From NCBI GenBank assembly GCA_965287045.1, contig OZ336871.1:102610001-102674000 (forward strand): a DNA stretch of 64,000 nucleotides, given 5' to 3'. A model generated the notes under the pieces. It was not told the origin of the DNA. It saw only the letters and a program-made list of their open reading frames with translations, and searched no databases. This DNA is from Carcharhinus amblyrhynchos. Taxonomy: Eukaryota. Positions 49,135 through 63,319 of the stretch are shown here, one piece after another. The first letter of the stretch is position 1; the number at the start of each line of letters is the position of its first letter. Both the position numbers and the translations under genes were made by a program.

Positions 49135-51333
49135 GGCTCAGTGGTTTTTTTGTTAATGTTCCCATGAACTGTCTTGGGATATCTTATTACATTAGAGTTG
49201 CTATATAAATGCAAGTTGTGCTGCTGTACTCCCTTTTGGTTAGTTGGAGGTGTTGTGGGAAAATTACCACTTCGGAGTCAGACTGGAGGAACAACAATAC
49301 AGTTTTATTTAGCGAAGCTTCATGGAGAAAAGGGACCAGCACTCTACAGTACTGGACAGCTACCTTCTCTCAATGAAACAATGGAAGTGGTCCACCTTTA
49401 TACCCTTTACACAATAGGTGGACCGGACACGATTATCACATCATTATAGTCAAATGGGTACAACGTTTCTTAGCTCATTATTATGGACAGGTACAGCCAT
49501 TATCGTTTCAATGTCACATTGTTCCATGAATGGGTACATTTCCTCTTTATCAATGACTTAATTTTATTCTATTCTTGTAGTACGTGGTTCCTTTGTGTTT
49601 ATGCATTCCTGTTCGTAATCTCCTATCAGACCTCATTGTCCCAGAACTACCTTTATCTCTTTTAAGGTGCCTGGTGTCCTGAAGCACCTGTTCCCTGTTT
49701 TAATTCAATTAACTGTGTGTCCTGTGGTTTAAATTTTAAGTAATCGTCTGTGTTTGAAAGTCAGTGTCTGTGTTGGAAGTCAGTGCAGGTTTAATGCCTT
49801 TTAACACCTTGTGTGCCAGACAGCTATTTTTATGCCAGCTACCCATCTTTATGGCTTTTTTCTGCCTTCAGAGGGAAAGTTGAAATAGTGAGCTTATTGC
49901 AGCTGTCATGAAACCACATACTGCTTCGAGATCAGGATCAAACCAAAGATGAGATGGCCTACACAACGTGTTTTGTTCACCTGCTTGCAGACCTACAAGG
50001 CGCTATAGACCTGAGATGGAATTGTCAGTTGCGGGATGTTGTAATAAGACAATGACCAATGTCCCAGAAATGTCAATATCAAATGTCATACCCTATAGGA
50101 ACTTGCTGGTTCATCCTTAAAACAAAAAGGAGAAGCTTTTTATGGAACCAACATTCAATATCAAATAATGCTCACTAGTTTCTATTATGACCATGGAACC
50201 TTTGTGGTTCCATGGAATCATTGTGCACTTTGCCATGAGAAAAGATACTGCACAGGCCAGGTCCTTAGGGATTTTCCTGATTTTTGGCCTATGGGACGCA
50301 TGGTGGCCTTTGGCAACTTGTAGCTTCAGAGCGTTGCATGAGAAGTTGAAATTGTATGCGTTGCAGATGTACTCCAGCCTTATTTCTAAAGTTTCCTGAT
50401 TACTTAGATGTTTTGAACTCAGCATTATTTTATCCCAGAGAAATTTGATATTCTATGTGCAATATCCTCTTGCTGAATTTCCTGTAAAATCTTAGCACTG
50501 AAGGCCCTTTTGATCAAGATTCAAGGAACATTGTCTAACTTTTAACATAACACAGAGCTGAACACTATTCCACACGCCTCAAATCCGGAAAGACCTATCT
50601 GGCTCTTGATTATTAAGAAATCCTCGGAGCAAGTTTCAAAAGAGGAATATGCCTCTTTTTCCACTGATCTCTTGAGTTGTAACTTGATTCCCTTATTTCG
50701 TCTTTTAAGGGATGGGTGGTTCATTTTGCAGAAGACTAGCCCTGGAGATTCTTATCCCATTGATGAAACCTTTTATATTTTGGGCTTTTGTCCTCTGTAT
50801 GTTATTTGGATTTAGTGTTTAAAATTACTGCAGTAAATGATAGTTGTATGTTGCTTTATCTGCCCAATATTTAGATTAAGGCAGAAAAACCTTGAAGTTT
50901 AATTGTGAATGATTACCACTGTATTCCATTTTATTGCATAGGCTTCAATGCAAAGTGTTCTTTGATAGATGAGAATATCCTGTCTTAAATCATCAAGCAA
51001 GCAAATGGAGAGTACTCAGTACCAATATTATGTTCATAATTTACCAACTTTGTTATCCTTATTGTTAAAACAAGATATTCCCACGTTATCTGAATATAGG
51101 ATGATCCTTGAAACATGGTCGCCCATTTCTTTTGTGATGAAACACTGCCGTGGAGTCACTGATGTGGTCAGTTTCTGTTAGCCTCCAGCTAACTGAGATA
51201 AAGAAAGCCACATTAACTCACTCCTTTAAAGATATATTTTCTTTTTGAAAGAAGCAATTTTCTGGTATCTGTTTTGGTTTTGTGGTAGTGAAGTTTCAGC
51301 TGAAACAGGAGATAATGGGCTCAAACTCCATTT

Positions 51334-51611
51334 AGAATCCCCACAGTTGGAAAAGGAGGCTATTTAGCCCATTAAGTCTGCACCAACTCTCAGGCAGCAT
51401 CTTACCCAGGCAAACCACCACATCCCCCCCCTCTCCTGTGCATTTACCATGGCTAATCCACTTAACCTATATGTTTTTTGACACCAAGGGGCAATTTAGC
51501 ATGGACAATCCATCTAACCTGCATGACTGTGGGAGAAAACTGGAGCACGTGGGGAAAACATGCAAACTCCATACAATCATCCCAGACTGAAATCAAACCT
51601 GGGTCCCTGGC
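51334..51611 (-). mobile_element. HE1-like SINE
   Basis: ccagggacccaggtttgatttc B-box, V-domain remnant, tail gggattcta. Confidence 0.7.
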
Positions 51612-51882
51612 TCACTTCAGAGTCTTGAGCACAAGTTCTAGATTGACGTTTCAGTATAGTACTGGGAAAATGCAGCAAGATCTTCTGGATAAAACATTAA
51701 ACTCTGCCCTTTTGGGTGCAGATAAAAGATCCTATGGTGTTATTTGAAGAAGAGCATTAGGTTTTCAGTATCTTGGGTAATACTAAGTTCCCAACCATTA
51801 AGGTAGGTGAGCATTAACTTCATTGCATTCGGTGAGACTTTCTTGTCCATAAAATTGCTGCTGTATTTTGCCAGATTATTGC

Positions 51883-53785
51883 AGGGTGACCAGATGTCCA
51901 GATTTGACCAAGATTATCTGAGTTTAAGCAACCTGGTGTCCTGTTGGTTTCCTGGAAATTGCTCAAATGTCTAGGTTTTAGGCTCCAAAGAGGCCCCTCC
52001 TGTTTCTTTTCCACTTGTCTTCTTTACTTACCCATGAGTCATCTTTCAGTGCCCTGATTGGCCATTCTGACAGAATGCGGATTGGTCAATGAAGGATTCC
52101 ATGAAATAGGCCAGTCAGGGAGAGCGGGAGGCCAGAAGCATTGTGCTCAGTGAGTGTAAGTAAGTTCATAATATAAAATTGCTCAAACATTGATAATTGA
52201 CAAATTTATATTACCAAAAGAATGGCTCTGTGGGAAGAGAAAATGTCACATTGAACCCAGATCCAGTGCACTGTCAAGTGAGAATTCTTTTGATAGTATA
52301 ATTAATTGTATTTAACCTCCTTTGGTATTCATTTTTCAGAAGGCAAACCAAGCAGTTCTAGTATGTTGACAATTATTGTCAATGAAAGGATTGTTGCGTT
52401 GTGATTTTATTTTTGGAACTTTAAAACTTTAAACTTTATTCTCCATAGAGTAGATTTTGCTGCAAAATCTACTCCAATTAGTCTGTAATGAATTAATTCA
52501 TTGTTATTCCTGTGAAGTGGCTATTTTGTTTTTATTTAATATTGTTGAGGAGTGGGGCTAAATTTTCACTTGAGCAGAAAATCAAAATTAAGTTGAATCT
52601 GATTCTAGCATCTACGGCAAATGTAGTGTTCATGGCAGTCAGTTCCATTGCTTGTAAAGAGAAGGGGTTGCCTGATGTCAGTCTAATAATGACAGTAATA
52701 ATGCGTTGAAGAAGAAAGCGGATGTCGCAGTGATGCAAAGTCAAGATCAAAAGGGCACTTTTACGTTTGTCTTCGAGGACCGTTTGTGATATTCAGTTGA
52801 ACAACTGTAGACGTTTTCTTTCAAATCCATTTGTGACAAGCTCATTCATAACACTATGATGAACATACGTTTAAATGATTTTTTTCTCTTCACCTTTCAC
52901 TTTAAATGAAATTACACAAATAGCAACCTCACCACATAATTGCACCCTGTAATTATAGTATCTAAAATCAACAGTAAATAATGCAAGCAGAAACAATTAT
53001 GTCAGTTTGGTCACAATTTTTTTCACTTTTTTGATTATTTGTGAGCAGTATGTGGGAATATGGGATGATGGGAGGATTAGAATAGAATACAATTTTTAAC
53101 TTGATGCCCTGCTGACACCGTTCCATACTTTGTTTTCAAATTAGCGTCGGTGACAAACATTTGCCCGTGTTTGAAATAGTGGACATCTGTGTCACACAGT
53201 TGTTAAATATTTGATTGCAATTGAAGTAAAGTGCTACTGACAACTAGAGACAGAACAATCTTGAAATGCAAAGATGCAGTGACATAGCGGGATGGATGAA
53301 ACTACAAGTCCATTCAGAGTTGTCTCAGGATTTAACATCACAACAGACAACTAAGTATTAACAGAGGGGGTTTTGATTTTGTAGGTCCAACACAAGCTTG
53401 CTATGACTAAATAGCAGTAATTCAATTTTAACACTGACAGTTTGTAGAGTACAAAGGACCCTCCCCCCATTATCCAACCCTTCGGTCAGCCAGATATTGG
53501 GCCAAAGAGAAAAAAGGTTTTTTTCCCCTCCAATTAATTATCTGTCAGAGTCCACAGTCTCTGACTGGATGTTGCAACAGTCGAGGTGGGAGCAGTGCTT
53601 GGCAGCTGTGTTATTACATAGCTCTTCATTTGGTATGTATGCTAATTAAGATGTCATCATATGACCTTAGTTCCCAAGCCTGACTCCTGCCATTGGTTAT
53701 ACAACTTGTCAATCATCATGGGATCTTTCCTTCTCAAGGTTTTTCAATGTGCCCTAGTTTTGATTTTTGAAAATCTGGTCACCCT
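51883..53785. mobile_element. degenerate hAT (Blackjack-like) DNA transposon splitting a Deu-domain SINE
   Basis: perfect 13-bp TIRs AGGGTGACCAGAT (51883-51895)/ATCTGGTCACCCT (53773-53785); SINE sequence resumes (caatagtgac) on the right; no clean 8-bp TSD. Confidence 0.6.
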
Positions 53786-54044
53786 ACAATAGTGACAGAA
53801 CTAAGAATTATGTAATTGACTGTGAAATATTTGGAAAATACTGATGTACTGAAAGATGCTGTGTAAGTTCCCGTTTGTTCTTATTTCTTCTTTTCTACTG
53901 CTTTGTGCTAAGTACTGTTTGTAATGACCTAAAAGAGGGAAGTTTGAAAGAACCTATTGTATTCAACTAATGTGTTAAGCTATCCAAACTGAATAGAGTG
54001 ATTTGTAAGCAGAAATGTATTAGTAAATGCTTCTGAGAAACTTT

Positions 54045-54390
54045 TATTTTATTCTTTCATTGGATGTGGGTGTCACTGGTTGGGCCAGCATTGATTGCCC
54101 TTGAGGAGGCTGTGACGAGCCTTTCCAAGCTGCTGCACCCACAGTGCTGTTAGGAAGGGGGTTCCAGGATTTTAATCCAACAAGAGTGAAAGAATGGAGA
54201 TATAGTTGGAAGTCAGGATGGTGTGTGACTTGGAGCGGAATTTACACCTTCCCTAGCATTGCCCTTCTAGAAGGGAGAGGCTGTGCGTTTGGAAAGTTCT
54301 GTTGGAAAGGAGCCTAGGTGAAGTGCTGCAGTGTATCTTGTAAATGGTGCATACTCCTGAATGTTTAAGGTGGTGGCTGGAATATATCTG
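54045..54390 (-). mobile_element. CR1/L2-group LINE 3' fragment
   Basis: same tail and body as 2040-2460. Confidence 0.6.
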
Positions 54391-54704
54391 ATATGATTGT
54401 GATGCATCCCACACTGTAATCATTAATCTGAAATACATTATTTTTATATGTGTAAATAAGGGTGTTAATTGGTGACAAAAAGAAAGTAATTAATGTCTTA
54501 ATAGCTAGGGAGAAATCAGCCACATTGTTGTCCAAAGTTTCATCCATCCCCGTTATTTCATTCAGTGAATTTTACATTTAGAAAGTAGGAGTTTTGAAAT
54601 ATGAAACATCTCACTTTTCACGTTCTTTACGTTTGTATATCATGTATTATGCTCACTTGTGAAGCACTTGGATCACACTTGGATATGTGCTTGTCTTTTT
54701 GAAG

Positions 54705-54864
54705 ATTCTGCTGCTAGAGTTGCAAAATGAAGGCAAGGAAAAAAAGAGGAAGAAAGTTTTGTTACAAACAAAACTGAAGAGGGATGAAAATAAAGGACAG
54801 GACATTCTCAACTTTGTAGTTGAAGCGACCAAACTGACATCCCCGAACAACCAGGGAATCAAAG
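54705..54864 (+). CDS. KRIT1: KRIT1 coding exon 2 (Nudix-fold region, KKRKK NLS)
   Basis: ttgaag|ATT..AAA G|gtaaaa, 160 nt: [53 protein letters not shown]. Confidence 0.95.
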
Positions 54865-55269
54865 GTAAAACAGAAGTACAAATTATTATACTTCATTGTG
54901 AGATTTTATTTGTATTTATTTGTAATTTGGTGTCATTAATCATAATGATTCAGTAGTCAGCTTCTATGTATTGAATGAACTTAAATGTTTACAGCGCACT
55001 ATATTTAAAACATGGTTTTAATTGGTGCTTGTCAATTATAGATTATGTCATAGTGTTCAAGCTGGTGATTTAATTTTCCAGTTTTGGAGTGGTCTTGAAC
55101 TTTGTTTATTGCACCAATTTGGGATGAATCTGTCAACAAGATTTAAAGATGCAAGACATAATTTCATTGCCAAGCACTTTGAATGTCCTAAAGTCAAGAA
55201 AGGCATATATAAATCCCATTTTGTTTCCTTTCCTCCTCCCCTTTCTAATTTGGGGTAATTGTTATTTCC

Positions 55270-55950
55270 AATTGGCCAGAATAAACTTGAGAATGTGAAC
55301 AGACTTCAGGAGGATATGTATAGATTGGTGAAATGAGTAGACACCTGACATTTAATGCAAAATGGTATAGTGATACATTTTGGTCAAAAAATTGGGGAGA
55401 GGTAATATAAACTGGTACAATTTTCGAAGGTGCAGAAATAGAGAAACCCGGGGTTGTACACCTACCAATCTTTGAAGGTGGAAGAAGTTGAAAATACTTC
55501 CTAAAAAAAAGTATATAGTTCTTTGACTTTATTGATAAAAACCTAGAGTACAAAGATAAGAATTCTAATGTGTTATGAAACACTCAGTAAGCCTGAGCTG
55601 GAGCATTGTACTCATTCCTCAGAAGAATGGCAAGGGTTTACTGGAATGGCGAGCAAGGATGTGGTACTTCAGTTATGCAGAGACATAAGAAACTGCGATT
55701 GTTCTCCTTAGAACAGAGAAGGTTAAGAGGTCATGAGTGGTTTTAATTAGGGAGAAATTGTTTCCAGTCACGGAAGATCTGGTAACCCAATAACACACAC
55801 TTCAGTGATTAACAAAAGAACCAGAGGTGGGATGGAACTATATTTTAGCACACAAGCTGTTGAATACATGCTTGAAAGGCTGGTGGAAGCAGATTCAGTA
55901 GTAATTTCCAAAAGGGAAAATATTTACAGGGCTATGGGAAAAGAACAGTG
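55270..55950 (+). mobile_element. old degenerate CR1 3' region
   Basis: RLQEDMYRLVK, cctgagctggagcattgt, gaacagagaaggttaagagg remnants. Confidence 0.55.
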
Positions 55951-56066
55951 CAGGGCCTAAATGCTGGGAAAACTCCAACTCCAGCATCTATGGGTAGAGA
56001 GACAGAGTTAATGTTTTGTGTCAATATGAGTCTTCAGAATGATGGGTGGAAGGGGGTCTAATTGTA

Positions 56067-56356
56067 GGATCCCTACAGGGCAGAAGGAGGCCATTCGGCC
56101 CATCGAGTGCACCACCCACAATCCCACTTCGGCCCTATCTTCATAACACTAATTTTTTTACCCTACTAACCCCCTGATACTAAGGTGCAATTTAGAATGG
56201 CCAATCAACCTAACCCACACATCTTTGGAGTGTGGGAGGAAACCCACGCAGACACAGGGAAAATGTGCAAACTCCACTTAGGCAGTGAGCCAAGCAGGAA
56301 CCCAGGTCCTTGGCACTGTGAGGCAGCAGTGCTAAACACTGAACCACCGTGCCACC
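56067..56356 (-). mobile_element. HE1-like SINE
   Basis: minus strand ggtggcacggtggttcagtgtttagcactgctgcctcac head; gatgggccgaatggcctccttctg tail. Confidence 0.85.
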
Positions 56357-57556
56357 TAATTGGACAACTCTTTCAGATAGCAGGCACAGATTTCTATGCT
56401 GCATCATTCTGTGCTTCTAAGATACTACAGTTAATAACTCAATCTATTAATTGGAATTTGATGGAAGTATCTGTGCTTTCCTTGTTTTAATTGTGCAGTA
56501 CAGACCAGGAAGTGGCAGTTTGCTTCTATCCTTCTGCTAATCCTGCTGGACAACTAGACATGAACAGGTGTACAAAACAGCCCAAGGTGTCTGGCCTTCC
56601 AGTTTCCTTTCTCTGCTAATATTGAACTTTTGGACCTCTACTGAAACACTAAAGCTCTGATCTCTTTCTTGATGACATTATCTTTCTTCTCTTTTCTCCT
56701 TCAACTGAACCACTTAACTTCTTTCTGTGTACTGGCCCACTAGTCAGCCCCAGTAACCTGGCCTGCTTCACATCATGTCGCATTCCTTTTTTGATGATCA
56801 AGATTTAATTTGTTTAACCCATACTATCATAGAGGACAGAAAGAGGTCATTTGGTCCATCATGCTTGTGCCAGCTCACTGAAAGAGGTGCCAACTAGTCC
56901 CACTCACCTGCTCTTTCTTCATGGTCCTGCACATTTTTTGTTTGAAATACATATCCAATTCCATTTTGAAAGTTACCATTGAATTTGCTTCCACCATCCC
57001 TAAAGGCATTACACTCCATTTCAGACCTTAGAAGATAATATACTGCCTCCTGGCAACTATCTTAAATCTATGTCCTTCAGTTACCAACTCTCTATTTTCT
57101 TCTTATTTATCCTATAACTAAGCAAACAGAAAAATTGAAGTTGGTACATCTGAAAACACTAATCGGTATCACTCTCATTGAATTATGCGCCTTCACGTTT
57201 TGATCAAATTTAAATTCCAATTCAAAGATTGGCTGGAGCCCAGAAAGATTTAAAAAAAACTGAAAATGAACTTGAGACTTGGATAACTTCCCTGGAGATT
57301 GAACATTGGAGGTTAGAATTTTTCAAAGGACTCTTTTCGCAATGTTCATAGAATGGCTACGGTGCTACCAAGTGGCCAAATAGTATAGTTACACCATGGC
57401 ACATATGGACAGGCCAAACCTACCATAACCAAAAATTGATAAGAAGATTGACAACAATGTGACAAAGCGAGAAATGTGATGGCAGATATAATGTTAACAA
57501 GCTACATGTAAATGTACATATAACTTGCTGTGACATTATTGTCCTTTCTCTGTTAG

Positions 57557-57649
57557 GTAAACGAGTGGTGTTGATTAAAGAATTCCCTGTCCACGGGGAG
57601 AATGTTTGTAGAGCAGCTGTACTTTATGTTGTACCTGCAGCAGTTAAAG
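57557..57649 (+). CDS. KRIT1: KRIT1 coding exon 3
   Basis: tgttag|GT AAA CGA..GTT AAA G|gtaaga, 93 nt: (G)KRVVLIKEFPVHGENVCRAAVLYVVPAAVK. Confidence 0.93.
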
Positions 57650-58392
57650 GTAAGAAAACTGTAATGCACCAATGGACATTTTCAGTGTGCTTTATTATAA
57701 ACCATAGGAAACAAGAAAGAACAATTATGTAAGTGAAATTATTAATACACACCTGAATTGCACATCTGTGGCTAGAGTTGCTTATAAGGATGTGACAGAT
57801 CTACATATGCTAAATTTAGTAATGTCTATAGAGCTATATTTTGAAAATATAGGGTTTGGGAGCAAAACCAGGGATATTTCAGTTGACATTGTTCACTTTA
57901 TAATGTACCCAAGAACCAGAAAGGTTATTTTACCAATGACCTCCTATTGCCTGAAGATCACTTTGTTACTGAAGAAATGGGAATAGGTAACTGGAATGTT
58001 TGCTCCATAGTACATTAAACTGTTATGTTCGTTATTGCATTTGATTTTTATTTTTAACAATTTCAAAAACCTTTGGGTTTTGCAGAAGCGGAAAATCCAA
58101 ACTGTCAGTGAGGGTAGTTTGCAATATTCTCTCTAATCTCTTCCATCCATATGCAGAATGAGTTTGATACGCACCAGTATCAAGATTATGTGCAGATATG
58201 TGTTGTCAGTAAAATAACAAAACCTGTAAGATATATTTTTAAAGGTTATGATAGGTAAGGAAGAAGAAGAAAGGAACCTGCCCTCAGCCAGTGACAGTAA
58301 TGTGCTAATCCACAAGTTACCATACTTACTGAACTAAATTTTAAGTTTACCATGGTGACAATTGAACTCGACCTCATTCAGTAAATTCAGTA

Positions 58393-58670
58393 CCATAAGA
58401 ATGTAAGGTTGAGGAGAAGAAGTAGGCCGTTCGACTGTTTGAGCCTGTTCCACCAGTCAGAGTTCATAGCTGATCTGGTGTCACCTTTAAGTCCACTTTC
58501 CTGCCTGTCTCCCATAACTCTTGATTCTCTTGTCAATCAAAAATGTGCCTAACTCACCCTTGAATACATTCAATAACCCAGCCTTCACTGCTTGCTGGGA
58601 GAGAGAATTCCAAATACTAATGATCCTTGTGAAGAGGAATTTCCTCTCTCACTCTGCCTTAAATGGAAGA
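58393..58670 (-). mobile_element. CR1 3' end fragment
   Basis: cataaga..gtaggcc..tcatagctgatct..ccccataac..gagaattcca. Confidence 0.6.
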
Positions 58671-58814
58671 TGGAAGTACCGAGCGGCAGGGTCAGCAAGC
58701 AGGTTGCAGGAAAGACAAGTGAGAGATAACTTAAGGAATTGACACACATGAATATCGGCTGTCCATTCCACCTGATTAATTAATGTCAGGCTTGGCTCTC
58801 GTCCATTAATTTCC

Positions 58815-59378
58815 TGTTATGTGGGAATCTACCAGTTCTTTGCTCTTGGGCTAAAATGACATTAAACCTCATTTAATCATTTGGATGGGCTGTGAAAAGA
58901 AGTAAATGAAGCAGTTTCCAGCCACCAGAAGAGTCTGTTTGTCCTTAGCAACAGGGTTTTGTTTAAGCCTTGGATTTCCACAGTTATGTATGAGGGAGGG
59001 AGAAAATACCTCCTCTAAAGTGAAAATGAGCTTTGCCTCATATTCAAATATTATTAGAATTTTTATAGATTAAGTTTCTTTAAGAACTGTTGCCTAAGGG
59101 GTATTTATTTTTGAGGAACCAAGAATCTTTTGGGAAAATAGCCTGTAAGACTATTTTTCAACTGTACAAATGTAATCTTTAATGTTTAAGTTTTCTTTTG
59201 TTGATAAATATTTTAATTTAACATTTAAAATCTCCAAAAATGTTAGTGGAATTTGTGGCTCCTGACTTCAGTGAATGTATTTTCTCGAGTAAAATACAAA
59301 TTGAAAATCATGATAGCTTGCCAAGTTTCCTTTTGGGATTTGGTTAGCCTAGCAATTACTACCAGTCAGATCATAACA
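58815..59378. mobile_element. possible solo LTR
   Basis: TGTTATG...CATAACA inverted termini 564 bp apart; no TSD seen. Confidence 0.3.
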
Positions 59379-60490
59379 ACCGTATGTACAATGTTCAGAT
59401 AATTTCATTTTTACATAACATAGCAAACATAGCAATCTAGCTCTTTTGTTGTATTGGATATTATTGGTTATATTTGTAGAGGTCATTGTTGTCAAATACT
59501 GCTCTAGTTTGTGGAAGCTTGAGATGGTGCAGCTGATCTAGTGTTGGATCTTCTCAGTGGTAGCCTTTTAAGGAGATGGCTGCTAAAGTATGGAGAAAAC
59601 TCAACATACTCCAGGGAGACACTTTCAACTTATTTGGGTGCTGGACTATTTGGCTGACCAGGTGTTTTAGTGTACAGAGCAGTTGTCATCACCATTACAT
59701 TGCAGTGAGACCTGGACTGTATATTCGTGACATCATTCCATTAGTGCTAAATTCTATCAGCAATATATCTACCACATCTTCAGATTCAATGGAAGAACCA
59801 TTGAACAAACACTAGTGTACTCCTTGAAGCCAATTCCTTACAGGCTAAACTGCAACATAAACCTTAATGGACTAGACTCCACGTCTGGATGGTTGCAAAG
59901 TGTTTCCCTGCCAGATCCTTTTTCGTCCACTCCTAAATGGTCAGTGTGCAGGTGAGGACAAAGAAAATGCTACAAATACATTCTGAAGCTATCCTTGAAG
60001 CACTGCAGCATTGGTTTTAATGACTCAGAACTTGCCACCAATCATTCTGAATGATGACAACTTGTCCATTAAGCTGCATCACACTTTTAGTCACGACATC
60101 TTGAGGGAGAGCGGTAGCAAAAGAGGAAACAAAAGGAATTAAATCTTGCATTGCCCACTATTTTGTGGGCATTCTTGTCCCATGTACTCAAAGATCTTCA
60201 GGCCAAGAATTAGCCTGTTCAGCTGCGTGAAGATCCATGGCTGAAATTCATGATCCAAAGTGGACACCCTCTTTGGATTCTGGGACAGCTGCTGTGACAA
60301 GTAGTTATAAAATCTGTTTGTGATTTAAAATTCATGTTTAGTTTTGTCAGTATTTTGTGTAGTTCATACTATGTTAATAGGAACAAGGTCATTCCTTTTT
60401 AGATGAATTAAACGTTTTTTTTCTTGACAGAATTGATAGTCTTGATCATGATATATGCATGAATAGGTTGAGTAAAGTTCCACTTGTTAA

Positions 60491-60658
<168 letters not shown>

Positions 60659-61001
60659 TAAGTAAAGTTACATTTTTCAGCCAGATGGTGCAACATTGCT
60701 TTACATGTACACAAGGAGTTATTTATAAAAAGTAGGATCAAAATTAGTGAAGATAAAGCACTTGTTAAGGATTGCAAGTGGACCTTCATTGGTATTTTCC
60801 TGAAACTGCAAATAAGAAATGGATAACTACCTCCAATATTTGTCTCTTTCCTATCCAGTGCCTGGTCTGTACTCCTGATCAAGTCTTGAGGTCAGAAGTT
60901 CATATGTAGAAGATATTTGGTGTGAATCCAGATTCTGCTTCACCCTTTTAATTGGAAGATTTCAAAGAATAGAAATAACAGTTGCAAATTTGTAAGATAT
61001 T

Positions 61002-61639
61002 GGACCAGATTTTGCTGAATAAATGATGGTGTCCAAGCGACACATATTGTTAGTAATGCACAAATTGGCCAACAATTTGCACCATGGAAGAGATACCCCA
61101 TAAGTTGTGAATTGCTACAAGTTGGTGGCCAAGTTATTCCATTACGTTTGCAAAATCAGAACTTTCATTGGCTGTTTAATTGCCCATTAAACCCAACAGA
61201 GAGCTTGGTCTAGTAATTGTTAACTTAAATACCCTTAAAGCAAACAGACAACTGTTAATGACTGCCATTCATTCTGTCATGCCAAAAAGTAAGCAATTGT
61301 AAGCATGAAGTTTGTTGTTCAGGTTTTGAACTATCTTAAGAGGCTTTAAAAATGCCAAATGTTTTTTTCCTTTGTTTCTTGTCCTTTTTTTCTTCTCTGA
61401 ATTCTCTCTCTACCTGCTTTGAATTTAATTCATCTTCCTTCAGTCCTTCAGACTTATTGATAAGAGACATTGTTTTTCCTGTTGCTCATCAAGGTCCCAA
61501 AAGCCCTGTTATCCTTGCTGCACTGTTATCAACTCTTTGAGCAATGCTGTTGACAAAGCTTTTAAAAAGCTAAATGTGTGCCTGTTGTCTAGCTGATAGA
61601 GCATACTCTGAGATTCCCCACTTTGGCAAAATCTAGCCT
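61002..61639. mobile_element. possible old MITE
   Basis: imperfect TIRs ggaccagattttgc ... gcaaaatctagcct. Confidence 0.35.
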
Positions 61640-62464
61640 GTTGTTGTTTTTGTCAGCCCACATTCCATTGGTTCTCCTGAGCTGGTACAAAGCTGTACTA
61701 CTCATTTAGAGTGTAGAAGGCCGATGCCCAGAGCTTGTCCAGCTCTCCTCCTCGAGGAGTGATCATGGAGAGTTCTCTGTATGCCAGATATCTAAAATAC
61801 CAGGTTATAGAGTTGAACAATGCCACAATCAAAGAAAGATTCAATGGGCAGCTCTAACTCAACACATTCTGTCATAAATGGCGGTGGATGAATCTAAAAC
61901 TAACACGAGGAAGTGGGTCAAACCTAGCATGTGCAATATCAAAACAGGCCATTCAGCCCAACCAGTCCATGCCAAAAATTTCCTTGGCTTTTTTATTTGA
62001 TCCTGGGATGTGAGCATCATTGAGACCAGCATTGTTTCCCAGCAGTAACTGCTCTTGAGAAGTCGGAGTGAGTGGCTGCATTGAGTTCCTGAAGTTCATC
62101 TAATGCAAATACACGCACACCGATGTTTGGAAGGGATGATATAGTTCCAAGTCAGGATGATGATTCACTTGTGGGTTGGATATTGACCCTCTTTGTTTTG
62201 TTTTAATTTCAGATTCCTGGCATCTGCAGTATTTTTCATACTATTATCATTCATTCTTTAGGAGAATGTTAAATGTAGTCTTATTACTGCTGATTCTAAT
62301 TTTATCTTAAGAATCATTCATAGCTGTAATAAATCTGTCTAAATGAATGTCAACAATTATATAACAGTGATAATTAATGGTTAACCAAAATGATCTGAAT
62401 AATGAATCTGCAGTATTGACCCAAAAATTTCTGTCAGATTTACAGTGAAATGAATAGTGAATAC

Positions 62465-63042
62465 AGAACAAAGAACAGTGCAGCACAGGAACAGGCACTT
62501 TGGCCCACCAAGCCTGTGCTGAGCACGTTGTCCTATCTAGACCAATTACTTGTATTCCTCTATTCCCCACCTGTTCATCTGTCTGTCCAGATAACGTCAC
62601 TAATGTGTCTGCCTCAACCACCTCACTTGCCAGTGCATTCCAGGCCACCACCACCCTCTGTTTTTTAAAAAAGACTTCCCTCGCCCATCTCTACTGAACC
62701 TTTTCCCCCTCTTACCTTGAACTTGTGCTCCCTTGTAATTGTCATTTCTGCCCTGGGATAAAAGCTTCCAACTGTTCACCTTATCTATGCCCCTCATAAT
62801 TTTATGAACTTCTATCAGTTCGCCCCTCAGCCTCCGTCTTTCCGGGGTGAACAATCCCAGTTTATTCAATCTCTCCTCAAAGCTAATATCTTCCATACCA
62901 GGCAACATCCCGGTAAATCTTTTCTGTACTCCCTCCAAAGCCTCCATGTCCTTCTGGGAGTGTGGTGACCAGAATTGGACACAATACTCCAAATGTGGCT
63001 TGACCGATGTTTTATACAACTGTAACATAATTTGCCAACTTC
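62465..63042 (-). mobile_element. CR1 3' fragment (same family as 37350-38377)
   Basis: ORF 62600-63028 LEYCVQFWSPH..RRLRGELIEVHK; tail agaacaaagaacag. Confidence 0.85.
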
Positions 63043-63319
63043 TCTAACCACACAAAATGAACTCAATTTTATACTTGCTCTGTTTTTTAAATTATATCCC
63101 TCAACCTAATTATTTTCATTTTATTAATTTTTGTTAGGGCTGGGGTAACTCCTGTTCTTTACATTGGTTCACTCACTTGTTACTTCTACATTGGCTTAGA
63201 GAATCAGTCAGCAGGCTTTATCATAATCCTTTTCTGCCTTTTGCTGCCACTTCTCTTGTTTTGCAGGAGGGTTTTGGGGATTCCAGTCAGACCTAATGAT
63301 ATTGAAAATTTTTTTTTTT

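Larger units (their letters stand above)
47720..49215 (+). mobile_element. old L2-clade LINE 3' fragment carrying three nested PLE insertions
   Basis: TLIHA..RLNYSNA remnant; tttaaaattctcatccttgttttcaaatccctccatgg; tail ctatataaatgcaagttg. Confidence 0.55.

Noticed and set aside
49251-49968. Possible solo LTR (TGTTGTG...CACAACG)
   Set aside because: Terminal CA is imperfect, with no TSD and no second copy in the window.
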